A DNA stretch of 64,000 nucleotides from Lama glama (lineage: Eukaryota), in the NCBI GenBank assembly GCA_028534125.1, contig CM052816.1, forward strand, positions 31,746,001-31,810,000. The letters are read 5' to 3'. Under the pieces are notes generated by a model, which ran no database searches, was not told the DNA's origin, and saw nothing but the letters and a program-made list of their open reading frames with translations. The position numbers were made by a program, and so were the translations under genes. This document shows, in pieces, positions 12,996 through 26,529 of this stretch. Position 1 is the first letter of the stretch; each line of letters opens with the position of its first letter.

Positions 12996-14554
12996 CTTTA
13001 TAGGAGAAAAGAAAGGCTCTGAGGTCATTGGTCCTTTCTTCTCCAAACAGGATCCTCTTCCTGGGCCTCCATAGTTAATTAGCTCCTCCCACTGAGTTAG
13101 TATTTTTCTCCCTGCAGTTGCAAACGAAGTAGTCTCAGTGGCCATGTCAAAGAGAGGAGTGACAGAATACCATGCAGACATTGAGTTCTGATTTGCATCA
13201 AGTACCAGAAGCCTCTTTCATGGGGAATAAATTAGTAGAGATATCCACTCTATTTCCTTCCTAATACGCCTGTCATACTGTGTAACATTCACCCTGAGGT
13301 GTAGGGGTAAGGGTGAGATGATTGCAAATATCTTGCTCAGAAAGATGTATTTCTTAGCACACTGGGAAACCAACAACCTTAGAGGGGAGTGTTCTGCTGT
13401 AATAACTAAAATGAAAAGCCCTTATGCTGGCTATTGACATTATCTTGTTACTTTGCATTTGGATAGCTACAGGGAGCACAGGCGCTTCAAAAAGTCTGAG
13501 AAAATGGAAATAATCCTACTTTACTGCCAATGACACTCAGATAGCCATTAAAAATTCAGTTGTCAAATAAACGAAGTTGCTTTGGAGTTTTCCTATTTTG
13601 AAGCAAGCAGGGCGGTAGATGCTTTTAAAATTTCTTTTCTGGAAATCCGGCTTATCAGCTTTCAGTGACATTGGATTTGTGCATTTATCTGGAAATCAGA
13701 GGTGATCTCTGTCGATCCCTTGTTGTAGTCACTTTTCAATTAAGAACTCGAAGGAGCCCTGTTATCAGGTCCCAGCATTCGTCTGAGTCATCACTAAATA
13801 TACTTTCCTCGGAAACAGGATTTGTATTTTCTTTTTCATTGACCACAGAAGTTATTCTAACTTAAATTTGGCTGTGCTCACCAACTTACTTCTCAAAATA
13901 AAAGATAAGGTTTTGGGTTAGCAGGATATATTGCCTTCCTCGATCAAAGTAAGCTCAACGACTCATGATCATGTTTTTCACAAACTCCAGAAAAATTGAG
14001 ATTTGTGTAACAGCGATCTGTTGAAATAATTTTTTTTTAATTAGGGTATTTAAATTTTGGCCCTTAGGAAAGCCCATCAACTCAACTAACAGAAATAACC
14101 ATTAGTGAGAGTACCTATCTATCCTATTTCTTGGAAAACACCTAATATTTATAGTATCAATTATCAAACAATCAAAATATTTTCTTTATTTTCAAGGAAA
14201 GCTACTGTTAATGGTACATTTGAGGGATTTTCTATACCTCACAACTTCTAAAATCTTGGTTAAACTTCTAAATATTTAACACTAAAGAAGATATCACATA
14301 TATCTATATTCATATGCATACCTATGTACAAAACCACATGTGAGTAAAGTCCTTTTTCTTTTAAAGATATCTACCTGACTCATGTATGTTAATCAAGAAT
14401 ATGGATGCCATGAATTGTATTTCCCTATGAGATTTTGATCAATCTTAGAATTCATAACATTTGCAGAATCTCAAGGCAAGAGAAAATCTTGGTAATCATA
14501 CTGTTCAACTTTAACATACCAGGACATGGAGACCCAGAAAGATCTCATTGGACA

Positions 14555-14780
14555 TACAGTCAAATGAGAGCAGAAGCTTTAAAACCAAAAGCACATGGAT
14601 TCAAATCCTACATCTACCACTTAGTTTGAACAAGTTACTTAAAAACTCTTGGCTTTGTTTTCCTTCTCTATGAAATGGGACTAATAGAAGTTAACCTAAA
14701 AGTCATTTTAAAATAAATGTAAACATTAAACTTCAAACCTGGCAGAGGTTCCCCATTAATTATGGTGGCGGCAATTATTA
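14555..14780 (+). mobile_element. MIR SINE
   Basis: GGATTCAAATCCTACATCTACCACTTA...AACAAGTTACTTAA...GTTTTCCTTCTCTATGAAATGGGACTAATA. Confidence 0.7.
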
Positions 14781-15844
14781 CATGTACCTAGTAACTTAGT
14801 AGGTGCTATAAAGTAGCCATGAAAAATAAGTATAATATTAGACTAAAAACAATTAATATATTTTTAAAGAATCCAAGGCTGATAAATCCTAGATAAACTG
14901 AAATGGGCAGTGACTCTGGACTAGGATGGTAACTTTGAGAGTGGGAACGAGAAATGTGTCTACTGATACAAAAAGCTTAAGAGATAAGGCTTAAAACCAA
15001 TGTATTCTCTGATTACAAGAAGTAGTGACTTTCCCAACCAACTCTATATCCATGTACACTCCCCAGCCTGATGGGTTTCCACATAGCTCATTTTCCCTCC
15101 GGGGCTGTGTATCATGTTTATCATTAATCATATTTATCATTAACTTGAATTGTACCAGGATTAAAATATTAGAGAAGAGGCTGAATAACATACCATGTGA
15201 TATACTCAGGCCCTGAACTGAATCATTTTCAGCCTATAGATCCTCATTTCCATCTAGTACTTTATTACTGACCCTAGTGGAAATTCTACAGAGCCATTAA
15301 AATCTTGGAAGAAATGAATGTATTTCGAATTTATTTGCAGAAGTGCTAATAAATGAATCAATATATTGTAAAAGGTAAGGAAAAGAGAAAAAAATAGAAT
15401 AAACAATTTTTTAAACAAGGACTACTTCTCTTTTATCTGTAAAAAATGGTTTTCAAATGAAGAATACAACAGTCAATTAAACATGTATAACATATTATGT
15501 GCTCATTACGTTCTAAAGAATATAAAATACCAAAGCAGCATGATTCTCACCTGTAAGATGTTTACAGTGTAATTGGAGAAGTGACTAATGCACATAAAAC
15601 TAATATTGAACTATTAAACTTTGCTGGAAATTGGTGTGAACTACAGGGATGAGACAGTAATAAAAATACTTTGCATAGCTCTTCTACATACATAATTTCT
15701 ACATACATAACCTACATAGGATCCTGTGAGAGGAGTATTATTATCCCCAATGACAGGTGATAACCTCAAACTCAAAAGCACGTAGGACACTGACTCTAGC
15801 CTAAGTACACCCGGCTCAGAAGAGGCAACATACAGAAGCATAAA

Positions 15845-16275
15845 GGTGTCCTATCCAGCACCCAGTCCCCACTTTTTATCTTTAAAACCAAGATTTTGTG
15901 CATAGATGAGCTTTATGGGAAGCTAGTCCCACCCTAGGTCCAAGATAGACCTGGTGGTTTTGCAATAACTCATTTCCCTTGCTGGCAGTTGGATTCAGAA
16001 CAGACTCTTCACCTAATCTTATCCAAATGTGTTGTGAAGACTGTCAGGGGACTTCTTAAAAAGCTCCTCAAAGATGTAGTCAAGAACCTAGAGACTGCCG
16101 TCCCTTCATTCTTCTATCCATCTTTGAGGAGCTAACAACCACATCTGAAGCCCTTCTCACTTCTGGAAGTTCCATCATGTGAGATAAGGAATTAATTTAT
16201 TCGTAAATCAATTAAGAGAGTTTTGATGTGTTCTGTTTTTTATTTTAACTTACCACCAAAAGCATCCTAAAAGTA
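15845..16275 (+). mobile_element. MaLR LTR (MLT1J/K-like) that appears to split a minus-strand MIR (about 15720-15790 and 16285-16350)
   Basis: CATTTCCCTTGCTGGCAGTTGGATTCAG, CTTCTGGAAGTTCCATCATGTGAGATAA, ends AAAAGCATCCTAA; MIR motifs CCTGTGAGAGGAGTATTATTATCCCCA before and CCAGAATTCAAA after. Confidence 0.6.
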
Positions 16276-17599
16276 CCCTGAAACATGGAACCAGAATTCA
16301 AATGCATGCCTTCAGATTTTGGGTTCCACTTGCTTTCCCACTGTGCAGTGTTATTCTTCCTCTTCCTTGGAATAAACAAGGCTCTCACTGGTGGGTCAGG
16401 ATTAGAAATTTATTTTGGAGCATAGAGGGGATGATGTCCGTGGTGTGAAGGAGGTAGGTTTCAGAATGAGTTGAAAGCATGAAACCACACACTGTGATGC
16501 TCTGTTCCTACAACTGAGTATTTCCTTTGCCCTGAATTTGATATTTTGATTAAGAGGCAGTACCATGTGCTCCAAAATTCTGTTTGCTGCTATTACCAGA
16601 GTTTTTCAGTCTTTCTTACTCTCTTCCTCCTCTTGATCCTCCTCCTCCATGCTTAGGCTGGACAGAATGAGTTTCTGCTCTGCCAAACTAAGGTCCTGGG
16701 TTAGTTCATCCACCCCCAAGTATTTCTTAAAACCATTTCCTCATGTTCAGCACTATGATGCATACTGTTGAGAATTTTAGAAAGTGCTGGGAAAATGGTC
16801 TACACCCTTGGGGAGGCCATATTGTGGTCAAGATACAAAAGGCAATGATAATGACAATACTAGCTATATTTATTGGTGCATATGAAGTGCTAGATATTGT
16901 ACAAGATATTTTATCTACACATCTCCTCTATGCACACTTGGGGAAATGGTAAGGATCAAGAGGTATATATATAAGCAGTTAATAAAATGGCTCTTCATAC
17001 TGATGTTATAGATGTTTAGACAAAGAAAAAAAAATCAACATCAATTCCCAAAAATACTTACTGCATAAGAGTGCTGGGATGGTAAGAGACTTACTCCTTC
17101 ATTTCTTCAAACATTCTGTAATGTAATATTGTTTTTAAAACTAAAAATGTGTGAATCAGATTCATTGTATAAGTAAATAACTAAATTTCTGAGTCTATCT
17201 CATTTGAAAAATGAAGATGACCCTGATATACAAGGTATGTAAAAATAATTTAAAATGATAAAATGTACCCAAACAGCCTATCTAAGAATAGTCAATTCTT
17301 AATCAACATTAATTCCCTTTTCCATTCCTAAGAAAGACATTTCATTATTTTGCCTAGGAGAATGCCAGTACTAAATTTAGATAATGCAATCTCATTGATT
17401 TCTAATGGAAAGCATTAGCATAGATGAAAGGAAAAATCAACTATTTCTCTATTTATTCCAATAGTTTAATGCCATGAAGTACATCAGAGGGAAATACTCC
17501 AAGACACAAAGAGGTTTTTTTTTTTAATTGCAAATGACAGTTCAGGTTTAGAATTTCCCCATTTCAGAAGGTAATTTCTCTTACCCAAACAAAGGTGCT

Positions 17600-18657
17600 A
17601 GATCATCAACACCAACATAAACATACACACACTGAAAAAATACACAGTCATCTCAACAAATGTAGAAAAAGTATTTGACAAACTTCAATATCCATTAGTG
17701 ATAAAAAAAACCTCTCAGCAAACTAGGAATGCAAGGGAACTACCTCAATCTGATAAAAACTATCAAACAAATAAACAAAAAAACCTGACAGCTAATATAC
17801 TTAATGATGAAAGATTGAATACTCTTCCCATAAGGGCAGAAAGAGGATGATGCCTGCCCTCACCACTCCTATTTAACACTGTATTAGAATTTCTAGTCAG
17901 TGCAATAAGGCAAGAAAAAAAAAAAAAAAGACATAGAGATCAGAAAGAAAGAAGTAAAACTGTCTTTGTTCACAGACAATACATTGTCTACATAGAAAAT
18001 TCTAACAAGTTTGCCAAAAAAGTTTTTAGATCTATTATGCAAGTTAGCAAGGTTACTAGATAGGTGAATACATGAAAATAATTTTTTATATATTAACAAA
18101 TTGATTAAAAATGAACATTTAAAAATGTTATTACCACTAGAATCAACATCAAAAAACAGGAAATAGTCGGAGATAAATATAACAAAATATGTGCAACATC
18201 TGAACCTGAAAACCAAAGACTTCTTTTTTTAAGATATTTTTAATGACCTAATTAAATGGCGAGCTATGTTATGTTCCTGAATCGGAAGATTCAGTGTTGT
18301 TAAGATATCGGTTATGCACAAATTGATCTACAGATTCAGCATCCCAAAGTGTCAAAAGGCTGTTTTTGTAAATATTGACAAATTGTTTCTAATGTAAATG
18401 ACTCAGAATAGCCAGAGCAATTTTGAAGAAGAAACAAAGAACAAAATTGGAGGGCTTACACTGTCTGAGTTATGGAAAAGCTGTATTAATCAAGACAGTT
18501 CGGCATCAGGGAAAGATCTGACATACACATGAACAGAACATAGTTCAGATATAGACCTACATATGTATGAGCAACTGAATTTGACCACGGCAAAAGGTAC
18601 TTCAATGGAAAAAAGCTGTAAAATAAAAATAAAGAGCTGTGTTCCTTACCTCTCACC
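17600..18657 (+). mobile_element. Old L1 (L1M) ORF2 RT-region fragment, decayed
   Basis: TCATCTCAACAAATGTAGAAAAAGTATTTGACAAA (ISxDAEKAFDK), CAGTGCAATAAGGCAAGAAAAA, AAAACTGTCTTTGTTCACAGAC (LSLFADD region); multiple frameshifts. Confidence 0.9.
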
Positions 18658-19049
18658 GAATGATTTGTTTCCAAAAGAAACCAGTTTTGACTTCAAGAAC
18701 CAGCTTGAATCCCTTAAACCTGATTCTCATATAATTTAAACAGAAAGACCTTGCTAAGTTTCTAAACTAGGCTTTACCTACTTGACATTCAATGTCTTTT
18801 CTATGTATTCTCTTTTGTTGCTTTTTTTAAAAATTCAAATAAAATTAAGTCCAGGCAGTACTCCTGAGTAAACAGGTATTTTCACAAATTACCACAATGC
18901 TGAAGAATGTGTCTTTTTTAGATTTAGTTTTCACCAATGCAGGGAAAGCAGATACACAAGATGTCTTTTTTTAAACCAACTCACAGACTTGCCCATGTGG
19001 TCACTTGGAGAACAGAACTAAAATTGCTTGTGGTCAAAAGTGACCCTCA

Positions 19050-19215
19050 GAGTGGTGGTTTTGCCTACTATCAGAAACCAGTTGTGATGCTTTTAAAATG
19101 CCCTTCTGAGCCCCACCAGACTTATAGAATCAGAATCTCTGAAGGTGGCTTCAGGCATTTCTTAAAACAAATTTTCTAAGGGATTATTTTGCCCAATAAA
19201 GTTTCAAAACCACCA
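19050..19215. mobile_element. MER5-like hAT non-autonomous DNA transposon
   Basis: GCCCCACCAGACTTATAGAATCAGAATCTCTG...AAGTTTCAAAACCAC. Confidence 0.6.
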
Positions 19216-19425
19216 GAAGGATAGATATACTAAAATGTGATTCCATGAAATTATCTGATTTAAAATAATTAACAAACAAAATCTAATTAACATAACACAA
19301 ATTACAGAGTGGGTACTTTATCAGTATGGCTAGCGTAAAGCATTCATTCAATGGGGGATGGGCAACATTCAGAGAGGGAAGATTCTTTTACACTAGACTC
19401 CAATTTAGGACTTTATTTTATAAGT

Positions 19426-19599
19426 CAGTGGTTCTCAAACTTAAGCATAAATGAGAATTCCGTGGAGGGCTTGTCAAAATACAGACTGTGGAATCCTACT
19501 CCCAGCATTTCTGATTTTAGGCTAGATAATGTGTATTTCTAACAAGTTCCCAGGTGATGATGAAGCTGATGGTCTGGGAAACACACTGGGAACCCACTA
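19426..19599. mobile_element. MER5A DNA transposon
   Basis: CAGTGGTTCTCAAAC terminal repeat, GGAGGGCTTGTCAAAATACAGA, TTTCTAACAAGTTCCCAGGTGATG. Confidence 0.85.
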
Positions 19600-20449
19600 A
19601 GAAGCTTTAAAATGTTAGGGTTGAGTGTGACATACTCAAATTTACATTAAAAAAAAAAAGAATCTGATGCAGGGGTTTTGAACTTTGGCTGTACATTACA
19701 ATCACCTTGGCCAGAAGACCTCAGAGCAAGTAAACAGAAGCTCTTGGGGGTAGACTTGGGTATGAGTAAGTATGAGAACCACTGCTTGATGATCTGTGAC
19801 AAAAGTGTTGGAGGCAAGTGAGACTGGCAGGTGAGAGGCCAGTAGAGAAAGTGCTTCTCAAACCTGGTTGCCCAGAACTCAAGGACAGATGAGGGGGTAG
19901 GAGTCCCACTTTCATAATTACAATAAAGCAGTTACGCTTTTATCTTTTCAAATATTCATTTAAAAGGGAAACAAAAGGTTTTCCTGCACTAAAATAAAAT
20001 AAACAGTTGTGACAATCCCTGAGTCAGGAGCAGCAGAGAATGGCTAGACAGTGGCTCAGCACTGCTGAAATTCTCTGTCTTCTGACACATCAAGCAACAA
20101 GTGGTAACTGCCAAGTGAGAAACTGTGTGTGAAAGGAGGGGCTTGGGCAGATGACTGCCGAGGTCTCAGACACTGCACTTTGTTATGATTCCCTAGTGGT
20201 GCAGATCATCAGAGCTAACAAAATTGAGGGTCAGGGCTTTTGGGAAAGGAGTGGTTAGAGATGCATGTGTGTAGCTGTGGTCATTCACCCAGGAGACAGG
20301 CTTAGATGATGTTATGGGAGCATTTTCAGCTTAATTTGAAAGGTTTGACAGTCAACACCGGCTTTGCAAATTGGTTATAAGGTAGACATTTTCCATAGTT
20401 GAGCTAAATCTAAAGCTTCAAGTTGTGACATATATATAGAGAGAGACAC

Positions 20450-21646
20450 ACATATTAGAAGAGAAGAAATAAAAACACTTATTAAAAAGTAGCTTTGACA
20501 AAAGTGCTTTAAAATTAATATATTTTTCTTTTCCAACCCTTTCTGAATATGTCATATTTAACAAGGTCCCTAAGAGTAAAGAATAATGGGTATAATTAAT
20601 AATCAATTGATAAGTCTTGAGAAAGCTTTCTCGATATACATTCCAGAAATTGGGAACGAGGGTTTCTCCAATGACTAGATAATAAATCCACTTGGAAATC
20701 AGATGGTTTTCCATTCCTTAATTATAACAAAATCAAAGGAGGACCTAATCAAGTTATCAGCTGATATAGTATTAAAGACAACTTGTGATAACATAAAACT
20801 GTGTTATCAAACATATGATATGGATATGAATTGGATGTATGACTTGGAAGAAGGTCAAAAACTCATTGCCTTTGATATAACAGAACTTCCACTTCTATAT
20901 ACTTGTGTGGGAACATGGCTTTGGTGCTTACATCTAGAAAACAAAAACATAAATAAAAGTGATGGTCAGTCCTATTTTATTCTAGCAATGAGCAATTTTT
21001 ATGGATTCATAAATTAACTTGACAAAAATGTCACTAGTTTTATTAGGAGACACATTTCCTTAAAAATGTACCTCATGTTTAAAAGTCACTCATCAAAATT
21101 TTTAATGATCTATTTTATTTTCATTAACTCTACAGAAATAGTCATTGTCATGGTAACTCAATCCAGAAGAAAGGTTTTTTTTAAATAAAAAAAATTTAGA
21201 AAGAATATCATGGTAAGGTCAAATTTAGAAAAAAATAGTTTCAATTTATATAAATATTTTTGTTGCAGAGACATATGGTAAAGTGATCAATAATAGAATT
21301 CTAAGCATAAAATATATTGGGGTAAAACTCTCGGAAGAAACTGAAATACAAATATAAGTCCAAAAATAAATGGAATGATGTAAAATTTCTGTTAAAGAAA
21401 ACTTCTTATTTATCCTGTAAGGAGATGATGGAGGGTATAAAATCTCCAAGGCATTTAGATTTCTGTGGAAATACTTGAGAGAACAATATAACAACTACAA
21501 CGCACCAGAAATGATCATTCTTCTCAAATATTTTTAACTTACATTGAAAAATAAAGTTACCCACTTAAAAAATATGGGAGAACAGTTACATAATTTTTCA
21601 AAATTCTCTTAGTAGGTATGTAGGAATAAAATGTTTGAAACTGTTG
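20450..21646 (+). mobile_element. hAT-Charlie DNA transposon 3' part (Charlie7-like) with decayed transposase C-terminus
   Basis: ORF 20703-21017 contains KEDLIKLSADIVLKT, resembling the EQLIELSxDxxLK motif of Charlie/Buster transposases; upstream TAG-ATA-ATA-AAT-CCA reads as a decayed WIxNPF; ends TTTTCAAAATTCTCTTAG...AATGTTTGAAACTGTTG. Confidence 0.7.
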
Positions 21647-22189
21647 CCCTAGTGAACATTTCCCCCTATTTAGAAAAAGCTGAATTCCTTCGCTTGTCAA
21701 ATAAGACTGCCGTGGATGGTGTTTGTCTAATGGGTTTAAGCCCAAGGGAAGAGGAATAGATTTCAACACTAAACTACCAACCCTGCCTTTAGATGCTCAG
21801 AAAGATCACGAAGAGATACAAGGACCCATGATCAGAAATGCTCTGTAGGGGCTTGACTAGAGGCTGAGAGCATTACAACCTCCCACTTCAGACAGAGGCT
21901 GAAAGCAAGGAGGTCATATTTAAGTACTGATTACATAATGCACTAGTTAAAAAGAAAGGAAGTTTATTCTCAATGAGATTCAAAGAACTGAAGCAGTCTG
22001 ATACAGGGAAAGGGGTTCACCAAAATTTGGGCAGTATGTATATTTAGAAACGCATTTTTATTTGAAGGTAGACACCATTCTGAAGTTGTCTGCTGAACAA
22101 GAGAGCCTCTATAAATGATCTGAAGGACTAATTTAACCCTTTTGAATGTCATAGCAATTTTGGAATTCTTGGGAATCTGGAATTTCATA

Positions 22190-22315
22190 TATATATGAAA
22201 TCTGTGTCTCAGAGAGGTTAAATGAATTGCCCAAGGTCACACAGCATTTCAGTGACAAGTGTAAGAAGAGACTCCATTTCTTATCTTCTCAGTCCTCTTG
22301 CTCTTTCTACTATAT
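22190..22315 (-). mobile_element. MIR SINE fragment
   Basis: CTCAGAGAGGTTAAATGAATTGCCCAAGGTCACACAGC is the MIR core in antisense. Confidence 0.85.
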
Positions 22316-25300
22316 GGCCTGAAAGGCTATGCCAAAAATAGTCTCTGGATGGCTAACTTCCCACATCACCTAATATTTTACATATTAAGGAATGTTGTTA
22401 AGATCAGATAAGAGCAGCTAGCATAGTTCATAAGGCCAGCTTCCTGAGTGCATGATACCTTCCTTAACATTATACAAAGAGGAAAATAACTTCAAAAATA
22501 CTACTGAAAAATCCTCTTTCTAATGAATACTGTACCAATGTTGATACAAAAGTTTGGCCTGGTAAAATATCCCTCTTCCTTTTTCCTGAGATAGAAGAAG
22601 CATATGGGTTCCTTTCCTAATCTTGCTGCTGCTCCAAGCACAGAAAAATTCTCCTGTAGTTTTATTGCTGCAGACAGCAAACATCACTCTCCCACAAGCA
22701 AGGCAGAAGAAAATGATAACAGCATTCACTTGTAATTAAATCTGGAGCTAACAGTTCAGGACAAATAAATCCAAACCTTCATGAGAAGACTGAACTGACA
22801 GATGGAAAAAAAAATTCCACCAAGCCACTGATACATTATTTTCTTGAAAACAATTATGATACAGCATATTGGCTCATATTGGTTCAAGCTGTAAATAGAG
22901 AACAAAGTATATATAGATAATTGACTTTTCCAGGATCTGGTTTATGAAAAGGAGGAGAAGGGGGTCCTTAAAATACATGTTCTACCAGATCTGCACTCAA
23001 ACACAAATTAGATTTTATCCAGACTATAGAAGACAAAAGTTAACTGACAGAATAAGTTAGAAAAAAAATGGATCAGCAGACCTGAGTTTTGATTGGGAGA
23101 TTAAAATTAGAAACAGAAAAGCAAGGAGGCATTATGAGAAGGAAATCACAGAGCAAAGCACTGGCCAACTTGGCAACTGGACTGGAGGGTGTTTGGTCCT
23201 AGCGGAAAAAAGCAGAATGGGTACAAAGAAAGTTTTGGAACTATTTTGAATTTTTAAGAGTATTGGGACTTCTCACTCCCAGAAAGAGTGAGAAAGGGAG
23301 TGATGCTAAAGTGAAACCCCAGAGGAGCCGTGGGGCCAGCTGCCCTCTCCTCCCCCTCCCCACTTGAGAATCAAGGCAGGGCAAGGAGGAGACCGCGAGG
23401 AGGGGGGGGGGTCCCAGTTACCCGAGAACACGCTGGTCTACATCCATTTTAAATGTCAAGTACTCAGATATAAAGAGGAAACAGGAGACTACAAATAGGA
23501 GCTGACCCTGAACTTTACTTTGCCTCCAGAAGAGAATTTCCTCATTGAATCTTCCTGGGGACGATCCCAGCAAACACCTATGCACCTTGGAATTTAAAGT
23601 ATTGTCAATAAAGAGTACTGTGTCATGAATTTGATTATGTCTTGTGTCCAAATAGTTTTCCAGTTGTATGAGAGGCTGCTTTAAAAACAGTGGGGATGAT
23701 CTGATCAGTAACAATATTGAGGATCACGGCGTGGATCCCTGGGGATTATGTGATCCTTGCAGTCACTGCAGCAGCTGGGGAAACGTGAGTTATTTCATGC
23801 TATGGAACTTAGGTCTGTGTTCATAATAAGGACTGATTTCCCTGTTAATAAAGTTGAACACATCCTGCAAACACCATGGTTCCCAATCGATTTTAGGAAA
23901 TATCAGAGACAGAACTTGTACTCACTTCTTACATTCCTAGCAATAGCTGCCATTTCTCCTATCATCAATGCCTATAATTTAAGTCTCGTCCAGTACTGAA
24001 CATTAAAAGCCATGGGCTTGGTTAACAACACTAGTGTTAACAAGCTAACAAGAGATTAAGTTTCCATTTGATTTCACTGACTTCACAAAGCAGTGTCACC
24101 ATACTGGAAAACCAAGTTCCTTAATGAGACAGCTAGAGATACAAAGACTTGGACTTGACTAGATTATAAGAGGCCTCGTTTTCCATATCTACAAACCCAA
24201 TTATCCTGTTAAGAAAGGAAATATTAAATCTTTGAATGAAGTAAGAGTATCTCAGGAATAGCAATAGGGCTCTATCCAAGTCAGAATGACATACTGACAT
24301 TAATTAAACTCTATGATCTAGGTTGAAACTAGCAAAAATGTCATTCTCTCACCTGGATTGCTTGTCAGTTAAATCATACACCTATTAAGATAATAAAGTT
24401 AAAAAACTATATACTTGCGAAACTGAACTTTGACCTGATTGAGCTGATTCAGTAAGAATTGTGTCCATGATACTGCGAACATTTGACTTCGGCTAAGTTG
24501 AGACACTAAATTCTTGAATTTCTTCTCCTAAAATACAGAGAAAGTATATTTCTCTCCACCTTCTTATATACTCTGAGTTATGAAATATCATGTATATGAT
24601 TTCCACTAAGAGCCAATGATTATTAAGACTGAAGGTATTATGTACATGTATACCTAATGAATGACTTTTTTCTCTCTAAATCAAAGAATGCTAAGTCCAA
24701 GATCACTCAGCTACTAAGTGCCCAAATCATATTTTACCAGAATCAGGTTTTGTCCATTTCACCATTCCAGAATATCCTCAAACCATAAATCTAAGGTCAT
24801 TAGTTGAAGATCATCCATTTTTATATATATTCATAAATTTTTTTTGCTGTTGCTATTAAATTAGGAAGTTTTATCAATATATTTTAGAACCTGAAAATCC
24901 CACATCTTTCAAGCTGTTTCCCCCTTCTTTCATCTGACAGAACTTAAGATTATAAAAGTAAAATTTCCGTTCTCTTCACCCTGAGGAACTATTTGACCAA
25001 ATGTTAGCTCTATATGATAAGATAAAAAGGTTTCTTCCCTGCCTTCTTTTCTTGATGGTATCTTTGCTCTCACCTTGTGTTTACCACAGATAAGACTCAA
25101 CATCTTCATAAGGAATCTTTCCTAAGTTCCCCTACCTGATAATCAGAGCAATGTCAGGGCTTTGAACATTTAAAATAAACTAAATAGGGAGAAACTGGAG
25201 TCACTGCAGGTGCAGATGCATTCCTTATTTTTCATTTTTCACTGAATATAAAGAAAAATATTGATGAAAAAAGTTGAAAAGATTCTGGATATCCCCCAAT

Positions 25301-25377
25301 ATAAAAGTGATGACCTAAGGAGTCAAGGCAAGGAGAAGAAGGGTGGGTCAAAGGCTAACCTGGCCAAGGATCGCAAA

Positions 25378-25590
25378 CAGTGGTTCTCGATGAGCTGTGA
25401 CGCTGCCTGACAAAGGACATTCAGCAATGTCTGCAGACAGTTTTGATTGTCACAACTGAAATGGATGGTACTGGCATCGAGTGGGTAAAAGCCAGGGACA
25501 CTGGCAAATATTCCCCAATGCACAGCACAGCCTCATCCCAATAAGGAATTAGGGCCCCGAAGTCAATAGTGCCAAGGCTGAGAAACCCTG
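25378..25590 (+). mobile_element. MER20 DNA transposon, full length
   Basis: Termini CAGTGGTTCTC...GAGAAACCCTG; internal GGACATTCAGCAATGTCTGCAGACAGTTTTGATTGTCACAACT and GTCAATAGTGCCAAGGCTGAG. Confidence 0.9.
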
Positions 25591-26529
25591 TTCTAAAAGA
25601 ATTAGTGTGCTCTTCCTATCTCTTTTATCACACAAGTGTGCTGGAAATGTTTACCTTTTGGGTTCCTCCTTACCATTGTCCACAAGTAGGACTAAAGATT
25701 TTCATAATGGAAAACCACTTCTATAACTGAAGTTTCACTGATGCCAAAGGTAGGTGGTGGACTACTAGTCACACTCTTTTCTCACCTCTCTAGTATCGCC
25801 TGATTCCCCAATACAGCCTAACCCTAATGTCCATGTTTATGTGCTTGACAACAATAAACAGGAAATAGGCTTCCTTTTTTTATATATAAGATTCCCGGGA
25901 GACTGGTGAGTAAATCACATTTTCCTTGCCTGACCTTCTCCACTGCAACATCAGTTCAAGGGATACAGTCCCAGGCCTGGGGACAGCCTAGTCCAAGAAG
26001 AAGGAAGAAGGAAAGGGTGTGATGATACAGCGTCCCGAACCAAGGTCCTACCAGCCACATCAAGGGAACATTTGAGCCCTGGGTGGCTGCCAATGAGAGG
26101 ATGAATTTGCCATTTCCCACCCTCCCCCACTCAGCCTACCCACAGGTAAACTAGGTTATTCTAGATCCTTCCAAGGCCTCAAATATGTCCTTGAGGTCCC
26201 GATCAGACTCATGATTATTAAGCATTAGCAATGACTGCTCTATAATAAATATATTCTCTTTATAAAAAAAACAGAATACAGAAGCTTTTAAAAAAGCAAT
26301 TCGTGTACTACCTGCAAGTCCTCAGTCTTCCAAGATCTCATTTAGTCTAATTTTAGGTTTGAACTGAAACAACAACAATCCTAAGCATAACAGGCATAAT
26401 AATATAAAAATAAGCATAATAAGGGAATAGAAACTTAATTTAAGAGTTATGTTCCTAGATTTTAGAAAGAATGAACAAATACTCCCTTTATACCACTCTG
26501 CTTTGATTAGGAACTTAACCACCTCTGTA

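Noticed and set aside
23900..23980. Possible 46-nt minus-strand exon (TTATAG...AGAA|GTGAGT)
   Set aside because: No polypyrimidine tract, no partner exons, and an unrecognised peptide.
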